Assembly: GCA_040285855.1 (NCBI GenBank)
Contig: JAUFOQ010000002.1
Coordinates: forward strand, 806,001-870,000
Direction of reading: 5' to 3'
Source: Eukaryota sp. GEM-RC1
Lineage: Eukaryota
DNA length: 64,000 nt
The position numbers and the translations under genes were made by a program. Below, in pieces: positions 24,768 through 39,403 of the stretch. Each line of letters opens with the position of its first letter. Position 1 is the first letter of the stretch. The notes beneath the pieces were generated by a model. It saw only the letters and a list, made by a program, of their open reading frames with translations, ran no database searches and had not been told where the DNA came from.

Positions 24768-25190
24768 ATGTTGTCGTCCCCACTTCTGTCCATCATTAGC
24801 TACTCTGGCATCTTTGTAGCTCTGTATTTCTTTGTGTGGTCCGTAATGTTTAGTCCCTTCGCTTCTAAACCATTCCTCTCTATAGGTCTGGTCTTTGTTA
24901 CCTCTATTCTTGGTCTTCTTAAAGGTTCTTTCGGGAGTTTTGTTCCTGCTTTTGTTATGATCAAAATTTTCGAACATCTCGATCTTCCCGTTACCAATAC
25001 GGTTATCTGGACTTTTTCGGCGGCTCTGGCTGCTTTTGGCATATTCCTGTCGTTAAAAGTTCCGAGATGATGCACTGACCTGCTCTTTTCCGGAGTATTT
25101 TTGTGTTTTGTGTTTTTTGGAGTCATAATATGTATGGGTGGCTTTTTCTTGTATTTTAATTTTTGGATGTGCGATTCTTGCTTGACTTGA
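24768..25190 (+). CDS. Small multi-pass membrane protein (3' part apparently frameshifted)
   Basis: 100-aa hydrophobic ORF from ATG 24768. Hydrophobic coding-like sequence continues past the TGA at 25068 through T-runs. Confidence 0.5.
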
Positions 25191-25194
25191 ATAA

Positions 25195-26958
<1,764 letters not shown>

Positions 26959-27705
26959 TTATATTTTCTTTAATTTATTTTGCACTTTGCAGCAGAGCAT
27001 TTAATCAACACCGCTTGGTGTTTCGGTTTTTATAGTTTTCTAGTCATTTGTTTCTAAACTTTGGTTTTACATGTTCTCAATATTTCCCTTTAAAAACTAT
27101 TGAGTAGTATATGACTGTGAATCTTCTTTCAGGGGACAGCCACTAGCACGATGATACCAGATTGAATCTACTGGCAATTACTGGAACCCATCCACTGGAA
27201 TAGAAAATTCTTGACACCTCTAAAAGAGCAGATTTTCTGACTATTTTTGCATTAGTGAATCCTATTCAGGTGAATAAACATCATGATATGAAATCTGAGT
27301 CTCATCAATTTCAGTCAAGTTGGTGACAAAATTTGTTCTATGTAGTTATGACGTCACTGCAGACCATCTCCAAGAATTGAAGTTGTGAAGAACTCAAAGA
27401 CAATATTATCACCCCCACCAATGAAAGCAGATTTGGTCCACCATTTAGACGAAGTGGACCCAATACCACCATGATGAGGATCTGAGAAGATGTGATTGTT
27501 CAATGCAACAGGATCTACTGATAACAAAAATGCAAGAAAGTCTGTACGAATTTTGTAAAAGCTTCTACAGCAGTTATAGGTAAGTACAGGGTGTAGCGAG
27601 CGAAGCAGATGTGTAACCTTTCCCGAATAACATATTTTTAACACGAAAAATTTGAGATGTTTTTCCAATTGCAATTCCTTTATTTGATCCAATTCTTTTC
27701 GTATT

Positions 27706-28421
27706 TTTTATGGATATAATGAAATAAACATACAAGTAGTTGTAAAATACACGGACAAAAAAATAATACAAAACAGAATACAAATACATTACAGAATACT
27801 GTATTAAGTGTATTTTTTTCTTGTAATTGCAAGTATTAAACTAATTGTATTGAGTACAACGACTGCTAACGTGATTGATCTTCAGGGTTATCATGGTTCA
27901 CCTCTTCGGTTCGCATTCTTAGACTTCTTTGTATTTATCAACCCATTGATCAGCAAGATCCGCTGTCGAGTGTTTCTCTCATTTACTTCAGTCATTTGTA
28001 TCAATTAAAGGGATTTGAGGGCTGATAAATAAATACAAACACAAATACAAATGCATTTTTCCAGAAAAAAATACAATACATTGTACAAAAATACAAACAA
28101 ATACTGTATGTTATATTTTGCAACTATGGAAATAAATAGTCTAAACTCAATATCATCAAAGCAAGATTCCTTAGAATCGAACCTTGTTGAAGGTTTGTCT
28201 TTAATACACATTGACGGATAATAAAGCTCTCAAAATCATTGTAGGAACTGCTTTTAGAACTGTAAAGACAATTCTGTTCTGCCAAAAGAGCGGTCAAATA
28301 TTTTGTTAGTTCTACGAGTAACAACCTCTGCAAAATCATCTAAGAACTTCATGGCTAATTTACCCAAAAGCCATACATAGAAATCGCAAATGGGACAAGT
28401 GAACATTCAACATGGACAAAA
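27706..28421 (-). mobile_element. 5'-truncated RLE non-LTR copy inserted into an older copy
   Basis: Encodes the C-terminus DKPSTRFDSKESCFDDIEF. Flanked by a 12-bp TSD TCTTTTCGTATT (27694-27705) / TCTTTTCGCATT (28422-28433). Removing it restores ...DSMRKELDQIKEL... Confidence 0.75.
27729..28128. mobile_element. hAT-type non-autonomous element (CATAGTTG-type ends)
   Basis: Ends CATACAAGTAGTTGTAAAATAC...ATATTTTGCAACTATG. Perfect 8-bp TSD GAAATAAA at 27721-27728 and 28129-28136. AAATAC subterminal repeats. Confidence 0.75.
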
Positions 28422-29179
28422 TCTTTTCGCATTGAATCCAAATATACATTCAGTTCTTTAACAAAGTTGTAAAGAGAACCAAGATACCTACCCAGAAATC
28501 TAAAACCTGAAGATAATTAGTTCACAAAGGGAACATCTAAAGAATTAACAATTAAAGTTCCATGCGTCTTGGCAATCAAACACCATTTTTACAGATTTAA
28601 TTGAAGTCCAATTGCATCATACAGAAAAGCAGCCGGATTCGCAATCATACGATGAGTTGCCATATGAACAATAAAAGAAATATCATACAATTTCTAAGTC
28701 TGCATGTTCTTCTTTGAGTTTTTTCAGGATGGAATGAATAGCCAAACAAAAAAAGAAGGGGCCAAGAGGATCTCCTTGTTTAACACCACAAACAGAATTA
28801 AGAACAAATGAATTAAAAACGAAGTCAGAAGAGCGACCATAAAAACAATGAAAAAATGAACCTAAATCAGGAAAACTGTTTTCCAACTCAGAACAAATGG
28901 CATTTCGTTTAACAGAATAAGAAGCATTCTTAAAATTCTAATTGAAAATGCAATTATTTTCAACTTTTTGACGAAAACATCAGAAGAAAGGGCAGAAGCT
29001 CCATCAATGGTTGTAATACATTTTGATAAAATGAAAAAACTCCTTAGTTTTGTTAGAAATTCTTCCAAAGACAATAGAAGCAAACAGACGATAAATAGCT
29101 TCACCTAAAGTAATAGGTCGGATTTTCTTGTTAGGCTTAATCAGGTCTTAAACGAGAAAAGTTATGATTGCATCGTATC

Positions 29180-29335
29180 GATTTTATTGTTTTAAAAACA
29201 ATTCCGATAATCATGTCCAAAGCTTTACTAGGGTGAATTCCTTTTACGAAGACAAAGCCGTTGCAAGATTTGATAGCGACCAGTGATGTTTAAATGATAT
29301 CAAATTATAGTTTAGTCTATTTCAATAATAAACAG
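29180..29335 (+). mobile_element. 3' tip of RLE non-LTR element
   Basis: TCCTTTTACGAAGACAAAGCCGTTGCAAGATTTGATAGCGAC...AATGATATCAAATTATAG matches the family C-terminus. Confidence 0.7.
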
Positions 29336-29929
29336 TAAAGTGTACGAAATACAAAATAGATACTAATGTGGATAGTGAACATCACAACAAGAGAAAATTT
29401 CGCAAAAAACCAGACTGCTGGGTTAACATGACAGAGTTAAGAGAGTTGCTGTGAGCAGTCAATGAGAATTGAACCGTGTACTTAGGCATTAAACCTTTGG
29501 ACCAGCACAACTTACATTACCGGTACCGGTAACATGATGGATCGAATCCATTCAATCAATCAGATGTATGATGAATGACACTAATTCTCAAAACAAATGG
29601 TACTGCACAGAAAAAAGCATTGCTAGACTAAGAAACTCTCTTACTTCCCTATTCCGTTCGGACAAATGAAGGAGCTTTAGTACACAAACGGACGTTTTTT
29701 CAAATGAATTGTAGTGGAAAGTACATTGTACCTGTTAACAAACAGCTTTTAGCGTGAGTCAATGACACATTTGTAATCACAAACAACCAAATTATGCCAT
29801 AATGTGGAGAATTTGAATTCTTGCTTTTTTGTGTAGTATGAATCAATTACGTCAAAAGAATGTAAACTTCTTTTTGTTATTTTAGTAAAATACAATTATA
29901 AATCTCTAAGTACTGTACAATGTATCTAA

Positions 29930-30890
29930 ACTATGGAACGCAAATGTTCCGTACCGCGGCGATTTTGGGCGTACCGTACCGTACATACGTACGTCCGGTA
30001 CAAGTACCGGTACTGTACTCCTGACCAACTAAAATATATTATTACTATTTTGAACATGATGATCCAATGTGAGATTTTAAGTTAAATTTTTAACAGTTAC
30101 CAACGTCATAAATTCCACCGTTAAACAATGCTCAGGATATCAAAATCGTGATTGTCACATATATTCACATTTACGGTACGTCATTTGGTGACCACAACTT
30201 CCCCAAAATGACGTTTCTACGAACGATGTTCATTAATCGCTCGCAAACAACAATAGTAGTAACGTCTTCGAATCGCAATGTATTTATTGAGTGGCTACAA
30301 TGGAATATAACAATGATAAACGGCCCAAAAACCCACAGATTGAAGATGCGGTAGCAATTTACTAGTACCCTGTTTGACTAGTGATTGAACCACCACTCAA
30401 AAAATAGTACTTGTAAATACAATTCGATCATTCATAAACAGGCTTTTTATAAAATCAAAGTACATCGGTACGGATAAAATAAATCGGTACGTACCAAAGA
30501 TTTGCGCACATTGATCTAAACAAAACTGATACATTACTAATAGTAATTCGGAGAAATTCTTCTATCAGTTGAATAACAATGAGAGAATGAAGCTTTAGTG
30601 TTGAACGACAACGGTCCGGAATTATCAACACGTATGTGTCCGCAACAGAATTCACCGTCCGGGAAAATGTTTTCATGTGTTTACTTATCAAGTTTGAAGA
30701 AATTTGAAGAAATATTACGATCTGATTTACACTTGAAAAACATTGTTAGTGACGTACTAGTATGTACATACTCATAGTACTTAAGCAAAGGTTCTATATC
30801 AACTCTTGAACCACAATACTCAGTGTGATCAAATATTTTGGGGAAAAAGAAACCGAAGAAACTACATGTATGAGATAGTGTCTGGTTCAA
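29930..30890 (-). mobile_element. Remnant of a hAT-like DNA transposon
   Basis: Dense GTAC/CCGTAC repeats at 29948-30023 ending in ...TACTCCTG (a CAGG-type terminus). Minus-strand TVNSVA..IIPDRCRSTL resembles the hAT C-terminal dimerisation motif. Confidence 0.4.
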
Positions 30891-30959
30891 ATCTGAATTA
30901 TTGTTGAATAATGGAAGATGTATAATAGTTTACGGCGTGTACATTGCTGCCCAATAACA

Positions 30960-31865
30960 GAGTATCGATTTGCAAGGAGAAACGACCGAATTGTTGAACT
31001 TCTTGTTGACTAACAATTTAACAGGTCTGCTTCATGTCTGATTACTCAAATCCCTCAAGTTTACGGTCTTCTTCTTGATGATAACTCTTGGTCATTAAAC
31101 ATGCGTTTACGGTCATATATTTGGCCTGATAACCTTCCACACAATTTGAAATGCCAATGTGGGCAATCTGTAACACCTGCACATTTATCGAATTGTAACC
31201 GTTTTATTTCTTTTTAGAAGTAAGGTTCATGATTCAGTAAGGGATCAATTATATTGTATGTGTAAATCTTATGGTATAGTTTCCTTTTTAGAACCAGTTC
31301 TGGCTGGTTTGTTAGATGATACAGATGTTGACAAATCGTTTGGAAATAGCCGTGGTGATGTCAAATTTCCTGGTCTCGATGGATCATTCATTATTGCTGA
31401 TGTTATGTCTATCGATGTTGGTAATGGTTCCGACAAGAAACTTGCTAAATCTAATGCTAAAAATCCTCTGTTGGTTGGTGACGAAATTGAAATGGAAAAA
31501 TATTGTACTAAATTGAAATTATGGAATCGGTTTCACACTCGAATTACTTGTTGTACCCTGTTGTATGTTCACTGTACGGTTCTTTAGGTGAATCGACCAC
31601 ATCATTGCTTGAAATCTTTGTGACGATTGCAAAAGAAAAAACATCAAAGACTTTTCATCTGAGATTTTGGAAAACTCGAGTCGTGTTTGCTATCTTTAAA
31701 GGTATGGAGACTTCCATATCTAGCGCTTTGTTATCTCTTGGCAGACATTATGAGGATAAGGTTGGTGAGAATTTCCAGATAGGCAATCTGGACTTTGAGG
31801 ATATTGATTATTAGATGTATGTACACTGTAGTTTTTTTTAATTTGTAAACTTATATTTATTACAA
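30960..31865 (+). mobile_element. Decayed RLE-type non-LTR retrotransposon 3' region
   Basis: MRLRSYIWP..CQCGQ...HLSNC, HDSVRDQL, FLEP, RGDV, IIADV, EKY, YGSLG, FWKTRVVF: zinc knuckle plus PD-(D/E)xK-type endonuclease. Confidence 0.85.
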
Positions 31866-31869
31866 ATGT

Positions 31870-32248
31870 AGTAGATCAAACAACTACAATTTGATATCAT
31901 TAAAACAACACCCGTCGCTATCAAATCTTACAACAGCTTTGTCCTCATAAAAGGAACTCACTGCTAATAAAGCTTTGGAGAAGATTAGGGGAATTGTTGT
32001 AAAAACAGTAAGAACGATCCGATTCAGCCATAACATATGATCAAAACGTAGGTACATCCTATTTTTAACGATTTTTCCGAAATCCTTTAAAAAATTCATT
32101 GCACTTTTTCCTAAACGTCCGTAAATTGGAAACAGCAAAGGGGCATAATTCGTATTCAACATGTTTTACATGTTTTAAAGCTAGCAATGGTTTCTTGTAC
32201 TTATCTTGTTTGGCCTGTTCAGAAATGTCTAAAGGAGAAGTTTCAGAG
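31870..32248 (-). mobile_element. 3' fragment of RLE non-LTR element, tail-to-tail with the previous copy
   Basis: YAPLLFPIYGRLGKSAMNFLKDF...WLNRIV...DKAVVRFDSDGCCFNDIKL*. Confidence 0.8.
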
Positions 32249-32349
32249 TACTACTAGTAGCATACTGTAGTGTTGTTGTCAAAATAATGGAAATATAAAG
32301 TTTTGTCCTTGATAACTGTTATACGCGCACTTAACTGAATCCTCTTCTG

Positions 32350-33375
32350 ATGAACAACACCACTCCCTTTAATTATTCCAATGCTCAAATACTTGCTCCT
32401 ATGGTGCGTGTCACAAATCTTCCATTTCGTCTTCTAGCTTATGAATATGGAGCTGACTTTTGCTACTGTGAAGAACTTATTGACTATGGCCTCTTAAAGT
32501 GCTCTAGAATTGACATTGGAGACTTGGTTCAACTGGCTGAACCCAGTGGAAAAGTGATATTTTCTACCCGCCCATCTGTAGAGAAAGACCGAATGATTTT
32601 CCAAGTGGGATCAAACGATGGCTCCAGAGCAGCTAAAGCTCTTCTTCCTATAGCCGATGTCCTCTCGGAAGTTGGGTTGAATCTAGGATGCCCAGCTCCT
32701 CCTAATATCAAGGGAAACATGGGTGCTGCACTAGGAGAAAAGCCAGAACAAGCAGCAGATGTCATTCGGACACTTAATAGAGGTTTGAATCTACCAGTAT
32801 CTGCAAAGATCAGAATTCAACCAACACGTCAGCAAACACAGGTCCTTGTTGACAACCTAATCAAAGCTGGTATTTGTGCACTGTCAGTTCATGGACGTAC
32901 ACGTGATATGAAGGGATCACAGCCGGCGCTTTGGGACGAGATTCAGTTTGCTCTTGACATTGCTAAACGAGCTGGAATTCCGGCTATTGCTAATGGGTCT
33001 GTGACTTCACAGGATGATGTGACCAGGATAAAAGAGGCAACTGATTGCGATGGGGTCATGATTGGCAGAGCAGCTCAATTGAATCCTTCTATTTTTAGAA
33101 GGTCTGGAGTGATTGATGATCAATTAGAGGTCACTAAAAAGTATCTTCAGTACGTGAAAGAATCTCGAATGGGATCCAAACCACAGTATATGAAGTATTG
33201 TGTGCAACACTTTTTAGGTCAAGATCGGCAAATAATGGAGAAAATCAATCCATTGAAAACGTTAAGTGAAGTTTGTGCGATTGTTGGAGTGTCGTATGAT
33301 TTGATTGATTGTCAAAATCCAAGGCGGAAGAATGAGGTAGGTGTTGTTGATTGTAAAAGAGATCGTAATGATTAG
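32350..33375 (+). CDS. DUS2: tRNA-dihydrouridine(20) synthase
   Basis: ILAPMVRVTNLPFRLLAYEYGAD..EELID, FQVGS, LNLGCP, MGAAL, AKIRI, VHGRTR, IANG, VMIGRAA..NPSIFR. Confidence 0.9.
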   Translation: MNNTTPFNYSNAQILAPMVRVTNLPFRLLAYEYGADFCYCEELIDYGLLKCSRIDIGDLVQLAEPSGKVIFSTRPSVEKDRMIFQVGSNDGSRAAKALLPIADVLSEVGLNLGCPAPPNIKGNMGAALGEKPEQAADVIRTLNRGLNLPVSAKIRIQPTRQQTQVLVDNLIKAGICALSVHGRTRDMKGSQPALWDEIQFALDIAKRAGIPAIANGSVTSQDDVTRIKEATDCDGVMIGRAAQLNPSIFRRSGVIDDQLEVTKKYLQYVKESRMGSKPQYMKYCVQHFLGQDRQIMEKINPLKTLSEVCAIVGVSYDLIDCQNPRRKNEVGVVDCKRDRND

Positions 33376-33565
33376 GTTATGACTCTTGTGATTTGTTTTA
33401 TTCTTTTTTTTCTTTAGTTTGGACGTTGTATTTATTGTTGGTTTTCCATTGGATTGTTATTTTTTAGATTTTACTGGCATGAAAGACCTTGATCAACTGT
33501 TAAGATGGATAAAACGAGAACAACTAATTTAATAAAAAAACTATGACAAAAAAACTAATAACTAA

Positions 33566-36500
33566 CTAACTAATGGAAATTGATTGCACAACTCCTCTAC
33601 CAACATTTTTCAAATATTCAACAACATACAATATATTGAATACTCCAGCAGCTTTACCTTTGATTTCAAGCCCTTCTACAGGAACTAAAAGCTCATGATT
33701 GTTGATTTGAAGCGACTTGGGCTGAAACACAGAATTATCAACTAAGATGTGTAAGTCACAAGAATGATGAGGAGAAGAATAATTGTTAATGTAAAAACTT
33801 AAATATTTGGAGAAAACCGAATCTTTTTGATAGTATCAATCAAAACTCGATAAGGATGAAAATTCGGTAGATAAACTTCTTGGAATGGTTTTGAATCCTT
33901 AATATTTTTGAAATCAGAAGACAATTCTAATTCACCAGCCAAACTTTCCAATGATTTTAATTTGACCAAAATATTAAAATTTCTGGAGGGTTGATTCAAA
34001 GCTAACGAACGTAATAAAACATTTGAAGTACATGAATCGACGACCTTTAAACATTTCTTCGCATAACTTGCCAAAAACTGAAAATCAGCTGTCGTAAACG
34101 ACTCCTTCTTAATCCAGAAAGTTCCATGAGGATCATATGGAGAATAAATTCGAATAGGTGAATTAGAAATAGGTTCATAATTAATCAACGGAAACTGAAG
34201 AACGTCATCATCTTGAGAAGTCAATGGATAACAGACGAGGGAAACTGTAGACGAAGATGACCAAGAAGCCATCATTGCAAGGAACTTAACGAAGAATTGG
34301 GACTGTGTAGTTGGTACTGAATTGAAAGACAATCCCAAGAGCTTTTGATTGGATGAAAACGTGATCAAATCGTGATTAACTGCCAATTCAGCCAATTCAT
34401 TGGAGAACACAGCGCAAACCAGTAATTCCATGGCCTCTGTACTAATGCAATCACCAAAAGAAAGATTATTCAATAAACATTTGGCTATAACTACACAATC
34501 AAAAAAGATTGGATATTTTAACGTGTAGCTTTGCATAAACTTAGCATGTGAAACCTTAGGTACAAGATCTTCTTGATGAAGACCACAATGAGAGACAATC
34601 AAAGAAAAGAAGAGATCGTTTTGGTAAAAGTAACCGGATCCTTGGTCATTAATACAGAACTTATTTGAATCTAATGATAATTTTTCAAATAATTCAATGA
34701 GCATTGCCTGGCGGAATTTGATTAGACCTTCAGTTGTTCTGGGCCAAGTCGATACAGATTCAAAATTCACGAATATTTCAATTGGTTTTGAAAAATGCTT
34801 GAAATCATCATCAAAGTTTGGTTCAGCCGAAGTATATCTAGAATCAACACAACAAACTTCAATCAAACTGAGTGGCAAATCCAATTGGTAAAGTGACGCA
34901 ATCAACTCATCAGTGATGGATCTCAATTCCGCAGATTTATGAGCCAATTCAGCTATTTTGAACGTTTTGGTAAATGGTGCTGAGCAAACTTCGATATCTG
35001 CCACGGGTAAACCTAAATGCTTCTTAATTAGAAACTTGCAAACATCTGTGAGAACGTTATGTAAATGAGATTCGAAAACTACCGTATAGTGAACTTGACC
35101 GCTGCTGAACTTTCGAAGACGAGCACTGTCACCAAAGATATTTAAAAATTGTTCAATTTGATCAGATAATTGATCATCTTTTGGGGACCTCGAATAACGT
35201 TCTCAAAAACGTGATCTGATTTTGTCAGAAAATTTAAAATAACTGAAGAATTTGATTCAATAAATTCTCCTCTACTCAAAACAATTCCAGTTGGGAACAC
35301 TGTCTCAATCATTTTAATGAGGGTGCTAATAATTGATAGAACATTGAAATCTGTTGAGACTGAAGTATCAAAATTATTTAGAAATTCTTCGTATTTTTTA
35401 AAATCTGTAAGATTAAATCTAATGGAATGGGAAAAACGCTGCACTAATGAGAAATTGTTCAAAAACAGTGATGAAAAGATCAAAATCGAGTTATCACTTG
35501 CCTTATCCAATGATTGGAAGACTTCCATTGACTTGATTGCACAGTACCGCAAATCTGATATCAATCCAACAGTAAAAGTATGTCCTAAATTAAACCAAAG
35601 TTCATTCTTTGGAGTTTCATTAAATAAACAGGACAACTTTGTAACAAACACGTCTGCAAAAGAATCTAAATCAAGTTTTGCAACATGTTCGCTTTCATTG
35701 AGCTGATTCAAAAAACACGTGTTCAAGCAATTACCAATACTTCCTGACAAGAAATTTAAAAATATTCTGAAAATTTGGAATGATGATTGAGTTTTGTTGA
35801 TTAGAGTAGTACCATTCAACAACGACCTCGCTATTTCAGTTGCAAACACAACATCAAAACCAACAAGAGTTGAACCAAAAACTCCTGTTTCCTTAACCAA
35901 ACTATCAACAAAACTAGAGCATCTTGAAGTTCGTCAAACAACAGAGAATCTTCAATCAAAGGAATGTGAAGAGAAGCAACTATAGAGTTGTAGAGAATAG
36001 GACAAGGCGATGAAAGTAAGTGAGTATGAAGAGAGAAAAGAGAGGGAGGGAGGGCAGGTTTCAGAATGACGGAATAGTTAAGGGAACCTTCAGATAGAGA
36101 GAGCAGTAGATCGTAGACACCTGGAGTAGCTCCTGGAATGGGGGTAAAGGAAGTGTTGTAGGAGGAGAGGTGGTTCTGAAGGTGAGTAAGGAAGAGGTGT
36201 CTTCGGACAAGCCACGTGGCCTTGGAGAAAGGACGAGAAGTGGTGAATGATGAGGGTAGATCTATTTGAATGAAGAAGATGGGTTGCGGTTTAGATGAAA
36301 CGGTTTTGCAAATGGAAACATTTGATGGAGAGAGTTTGGGAAAGGTTATAGAGGAGGGAATTGGGAGATCAAACTCTGAGATAAAGGAGGAAAGGCGATC
36401 ACCAGCAAGGTTTGCATCGATTTGTTCTGCAGATAAAGAAGAAGGCTGTAGCTGGGTAACGGTTTTAGCTAACTTCTTAAGAGTTTTGTGAATGCTGGTT

Positions 36501-36634
36501 AATTTAGTAGAAGAGATTTTGACAGAGTTAAGAAGTTCTAGTGTCTGAAGACCCATTAGATTGGTCTTGAACAAAGTTTCAGTCTTGCGGACATCAGCCA
36601 TGTCCTCAGCGGACAGGATGCCTTTAGATTTCAT
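33566..36634 (-). CDS. NOL6: Nucleolar protein NOL6/Utp22 (Nrap), split by three frameshifts
   Basis: ETLFKTNLMGLQTLELL, YNS, DALVLLIVWLRKQ, reconstructed RGPPKDD...FLNIFGDSARLRKFSSG, FESVSTWP, C-terminal YLKNVGRGVVQSI*. Shifts of -1 at 35877-35881, 35179-35186 and 33824-33828. Confidence 0.82.
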
Positions 36635-36739
36635 GTGATGATGGAGAAGGCAATTGAAAAAGAATATCGGATTGAAAACAGAACCATTCTATTGTCTTTC
36701 CCTTTGTTGAACATGAATTTTGCCCTTTGCTGTATCAAT

Positions 36740-37280
36740 TGACGGCCGTTTAGACTGGCCAAGGATTAATCAAATCACCACGACTTCTATCAATTTTTGG
36801 CTGACCAGAAAGATAATCAAGTAAAGGTTCATTTTTTCCGTAAAAACCATTAGCATTAAACATAGCCAAACAGGTATCGTGGATACTATTGTGAATAATT
36901 GATCTAAAATGAATAAATTGATGACAGTTAACTAAATGATGAAAATTTGAAGCTATTGAACGACCACAAAGACATGGAGAATATTTCAAAAGACCTGAAG
37001 GCCATAAACTTAACCTACGTCGCATGTTTATAAGTCATTCATGATCCTTAAGATTTAAACAAAATTTTCTTGGCAAACGAGAAACAACCAACCGAAGAAG
37101 CAGAGCTTGAAGAAATATCATTCAAGCACAAAAAGCCGGATTCTTAATCTTAGCCAAGCTAATACAATTCGCATAATCCAAGCTTTCATGATAAGAGACA
37201 ATTGTTTTCTGATGACGGAAGTGAGAAAACAGGTCTTTGTTGAGTTTCTGAAATCGACACTGGAAATAAAGCAGACCACA
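36740..37280 (-). mobile_element. RLE non-LTR retrotransposon fragment
   Basis: MRRRLSLWP...CLCG...HHLVNCHQFIHFRSIIHNSIHD...EP...SRGDL. Confidence 0.8.
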
Positions 37281-37559
37281 GAGTGACAAATAGAGTGTAT
37301 CTATTTACTCAAACACAAAAGTCTAACAACTTACAAATCGAAGAAGTTCACGTATTTCCATTTTCATTCTAAAATCATACAGCGGTTAGACTACAGAATA
37401 TTGGCTGGGTTTTGATAAACACTTTCTATATAATAATGGGGTAGTGTTTAGTGTAATAAATAGGGTTTATTGCTGTTGAGTCAGTCTCTGATTGAAGGGG
37501 TAAAATCCTACATTTACATTATCCTACATGATCATTAAAGTCGAGCTACACCTCGACTT

Positions 37560-39050
37560 TAAACATGTGCTTGGAATTATTGACGACTTCACAAAGTTTA
37601 CTGTACTAACACCGTGGAAGACATTATCCTCCGAGTATATAACAATTATTTTGATCAGTGGTATAGATCCAATGTTTATTTCTTGACAAAAAATATTTCA
37701 TTTCTTTTCTTGACATCGACTGATACATCTGGATAAGAGAAAAGTACAGTGAGGTTTTTTACTGATACTACAATACAAAACTTCAGTCAGACTCAACAAG
37801 ATGAACTGATCCATGTTGAAAGCGAAATCACTAGATGCCTCACTGTATTCAGCTGATCATAGAAAATGACCAAAACTATGTTAGTACAGAAAGGGCTTTA
37901 GACTGTCAGATATCACTGTTCTTTACCTAGATTTTTATGTACATCACAATCCATTAATCTGATTCTATTTCGTATCAGCAATTTAGAGTCTATTAAACCC
38001 ATAATTTCTGAATCCATGAAGATTGTTCATTTTGTCATGAACCAAGAATTGGTCGTTGATTGAGCAAGGGGGAGTTGCATCTTGTGAAACTCGACTCATT
38101 TCCAACTACCAATCTTCTTGGATTGGAGCAATTGCTTGCAGTTAAAAAGGAAGTAAAACAATCAATCATTTATGACTTGTTTGATTCCTGGGTTTCTATC
38201 AAAAGTCTTAAGTTGACAAGAACTTCTTCTGCCGTTACAAACATAATACTCATGGAAGGAGAGAACTCTTACTTGTATCAAAAACAGCACTTTTGGGTCT
38301 TTTTAAACCAATTGACATCGTTCTCAGATTAGTTGATTCTGATCAACCAGTTATTTCGAAAGTTTACTCAGACAAGAATCTTGTCACAAGATGAATAGTG
38401 TTTTAGAAATTTTGAACATCTGGTCGACAGTCACATTCTTTGGTAGTCACTCTCAATCAATTATTCTTGGCATGTATGCGAAGTTCGCACCGCCGACATC
38501 GATTTTTCCTCACACACATTCAAGAGAAATTGCCATCTCTTACTTCAATAAGATGAATCCACAACTGGATGGTATTCCTGTGCGTGTACCTTATATTCAT
38601 TCCAGAAACATCAAACAAATGTAAAAGACTACTTTCTCAAGTGCTGGACTGTGGCAAGACAAGGGCAATAGGAGAAGAAACATATCCTTTTGGACTCACG
38701 GCAGGTTCATTGGAGATTGACGAATCTTCTTGAACCAGTCCTTCTCCAGAACTTTGATGACGTGATGACGTGATGAGGGACAATGTCCCTTCGAATAAGG
38801 TAAGTAATTTGAGTGATTGAAAGTTCTCCGTTTCGAGGTTCTAGAGCTTTTTGGAATAGATATTCAACTTGATGTTTGGTTGATTACAGCAGTTGATATC
38901 AATTTTTTCAGCTGCAAGTTGGTACTTTTTATTGAAATATTTTATACTGAGCCCTTACCAGTGAAAGGAACTAAAGTGTCCCTTCTATCACGATTTTCTA
39001 ACCACCATGTTGAAAACTTGTTGAAGGAAGAATCAGTTGCGGTATCACTT
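37560..39050 (+). pseudogene. Heavily decayed coding-like region
   Basis: A series of short same-strand ORFs (38060, 38391, 38817) with protein-like composition and many stops. No family recognised. Confidence 0.25.
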
Positions 39051-39403
39051 TGACAAAGTGTCATGACACATCATCAAACGTCATGACACTTGATACACTG
39101 ACCTAAAGTTTGGATCAAGACAAGGAATACATAACTAAAACATGGTTAAACACAAGAAGGAAATGAAGCAACATTAGAAGTGTCAGTAGTTACAGTGACA
39201 ATTGCCAGCTCCCTATGTGTTGAGAAGTATTGGAACTTAGTATTGAACATTAGTTCAAGAAATTGCTCCTTGAACAGCTTAAAGACAACTGAAACAGAGA
39301 AGACAGCACCGCTGACTGAAGATTGAGAATGTCTGCTGTCAATGACGATAAATTCATTTTTGAAGAGCAAAAACAACCCGTCTTCATCTCATCCACTTTT
39401 ACT

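Larger units (their letters stand above)
27230..29150 (-). mobile_element. Decayed non-LTR retrotransposon reverse transcriptase (CRE-like/RLE clade) with nested insertions
   Basis: RT remnants IRPIT.GEAIYRL, DFKNA.xSVKR, GVKQGDPLGPFFFCLAIH; YxDD is lost. Post-RT GKVTHLLRS...GGIG. Interrupted at 27706-28421. Confidence 0.85.

Noticed and set aside
25060..25190. Possible TGA readthrough or stop-codon reassignment
   Set aside because: TAA, TAG and TGA all end conserved genes at expected positions (40347, 26958, 50867), and no conserved gene has in-frame stops.
29948..30023. GTAC-rich repeats considered as a CRISPR-like or iteron array
   Set aside because: No constant repeat-spacer periodicity. 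Fits transposon subterminal repeats.
38758..38773. Tandem TGACGTGA (UPRE-like) about 630 bp upstream of the Herp-like gene
   Set aside because: TGACGT/TCACGT microrepeats recur throughout the window, including in coding linkers (about 14930-14990, 17320-17345, 22670-22690), so the match is not specific.
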